A stretch of DNA of 64,000 nt from Bacteroidales bacterium. Its GTDB lineage: Bacteria; Bacteroidota; Bacteroidia; Bacteroidales; UBA1715. The stretch is taken from contig JAFXAU010000026.1 of the NCBI GenBank assembly GCA_017516865.1, positions 5,220-69,219 on the forward strand, written 5' to 3'. The position numbers and the translations under genes are program-made. Of the stretch, positions 63,005 to 64,000 are shown piece after piece; the first letter of the stretch is position 1; each line of letters begins with the position of its first letter. A model generated the notes under the pieces. The model made no database searches. It worked only from the letters and a program-made list of their open reading frames with translations, and was not told the DNA's origin.

Positions 63005-64000
63005 TTAATTGAAACTTTTCAAGCCCTCGAAATCAAGTGTCGCAAAGTAATCGTTAACCGTTTCGGCACGACGAATCATTTTTACCGAGCCGTCGGTGCG
63101 GAGAAGCAATTCAGCCGAGCGAAGTTTTCCGTTGTAGTTGAATCCCATAGCATGACCGTGTGCACCGGCATCGTGAATGGCAAGAATGTCGCCAATCTCG
63201 ATTTCTGGCAGATTACGTTGGATTGCAAACTTGTCGTTGTTTTCGCACAGCGAGCCTGTCACGTCATATACGTGGTCGCATGGCTGATTTTCCTTGCCCA
63301 ACACGGTTATATGATGATATGCTCCGTACATTCCCGGACGCATAAGGTTGTTCATGCTTGCGTCGCAGCCGACGTATTCGCGGAATGTGTGTTTCAAGTG
63401 ACGAACCGTCGTCACCAAATATCCGTAAGGACCTGTGATGAAACGACCAGATTCTAAATATAATTTCACTGGTGCAAGTCCATTAGGAACAAGAATCGAT
63501 TCGTATTCCTTGCGAATGCCTTCGCTGATTTTGAACACGTCGAGTTTCTTCTGCTCAGGGCGATACGGAATGCCGAGTCCTCCACCAAGGTTGATGAAAT
63601 CGAAGCGAATGCCCAATTGTTTGTGGATTTTTACGACAAGATTGAATAAAATTCGTGCCGTTTCGGCAAAATAATCCTCGTTCAACTCGTTGGAAGCCAC
63701 CATAGTATGAATGCCGAAACGTTTCACGCCGCGTTCCATCAACATTTTGTAGCCATCGAAGAGTTGATTTTCCATAAAACCATATTTTGCTTCTTCGGGA
63801 GTGCCGATAATGGCATTCCCCGATTTCAGATTTCCCGGGTTATAACGGAACGAAACCAATTCGGGCAAACCGGCAACTTTGTCTAAATAGTCAATGTGAG
63901 TAATGTCGTCGAGATTGATGATTGCACCCAATTCCTTGGCTTTCTTGAACTCGTAGTCGCCCGTGTCGTTCGATGTGAACATAATATTTTCGCCGAGATT
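63005..64000 (-). CDS. lysA: PLP-dependent Orn/DAP/Arg decarboxylase family, likely diaminopimelate decarboxylase (5'-partial at window edge)
   Basis: NLGGGLGIPY, ESGRFITG and GSLCENNDKF motifs. The reading frame continues past nt 64000. Confidence 0.7.
   Translation of the reverse strand, partial: NLGENIMFTSNDTGDYEFKKAKELGAIINLDDITHIDYLDKVAGLPELVSFRYNPGNLKSGNAIIGTPEEAKYGFMENQLFDGYKMLMERGVKRFGIHTMVASNELNEDYFAETARILFNLVVKIHKQLGIRFDFINLGGGLGIPYRPEQKKLDVFKISEGIRKEYESILVPNGLAPVKLYLESGRFITGPYGYLVTTVRHLKHTFREYVGCDASMNNLMRPGMYGAYHHITVLGKENQPCDHVYDVTGSLCENNDKFAIQRNLPEIEIGDILAIHDAGAHGHAMGFNYNGKLRSAELLLRTDGSVKMIRRAETVNDYFATLDFEGLKSFN

Overview
This window looks like chromosome from a Bacteroidota, probably Bacteroidales-like, genome. 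Support: TAnnTTTG -7 promoter boxes, lipoprotein and T9SS C-terminal sorting signals, and tightly packed operons. All calls come from reading the sequence and ORF translations; no BLAST or HMM search was possible, so family names are motif-based recollections.

Housekeeping backbone:
- A split phosphate-uptake set: pstCAB at 2-4.6 kb, and an OprO/P-type porin plus pstS at 21.3-23.4 kb.
- racemase-mnmA-nadA.
- cysD-cysN-cysH, with an APS-reductase-type CysH.
- A glsA/glsB-like N-acyl-amino-acid lipid pair.
- efp, a SpoIIE/PP2C phosphatase, recG, clpB and an SSF symporter.
- A SiaC(DUF1987)-lgt-lgt operon.
- A GH94 phosphorylase, waaA and tRNA-Lys(UUU).
- A long minus-strand operon from miaA through lolA to ftsK.
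- A 5'-partial lysA-like decarboxylase at the right edge.

Accessory or decayed patches:
- Two copies of a RhuM-family module, one carrying an internal deletion.
- A zeta-toxin-like toxin-antitoxin pair.
- A BspA-type LRR T9SS cargo protein.
- A methyltransferase + DUF262-HNH nuclease pair wedged between a displaced cysH 3' fragment and a T9SS-CTD stump.
- A truncated ORF6N gene.
- Two large secreted proteins, one with near-identical 219-nt tandem repeats.
- A nucleoid-associated-like protein next to a degenerate kinase.
- A PLD/zinc-ribbon nuclease with an Asp/Tyr/Phe tail.

Best candidates for something new:
1. The MTase + DUF262-HNH module and its insertion scars.
2. A recurrent AACCTA-N9-TAGGTT palindrome at a fixed distance from -7 boxes of four operons.
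3. The PLD nuclease with its polyacidic-aromatic tail, and the neighbouring pseudokinase.

I did not recognise a CRISPR array, rRNA gene, integrase or transposase.
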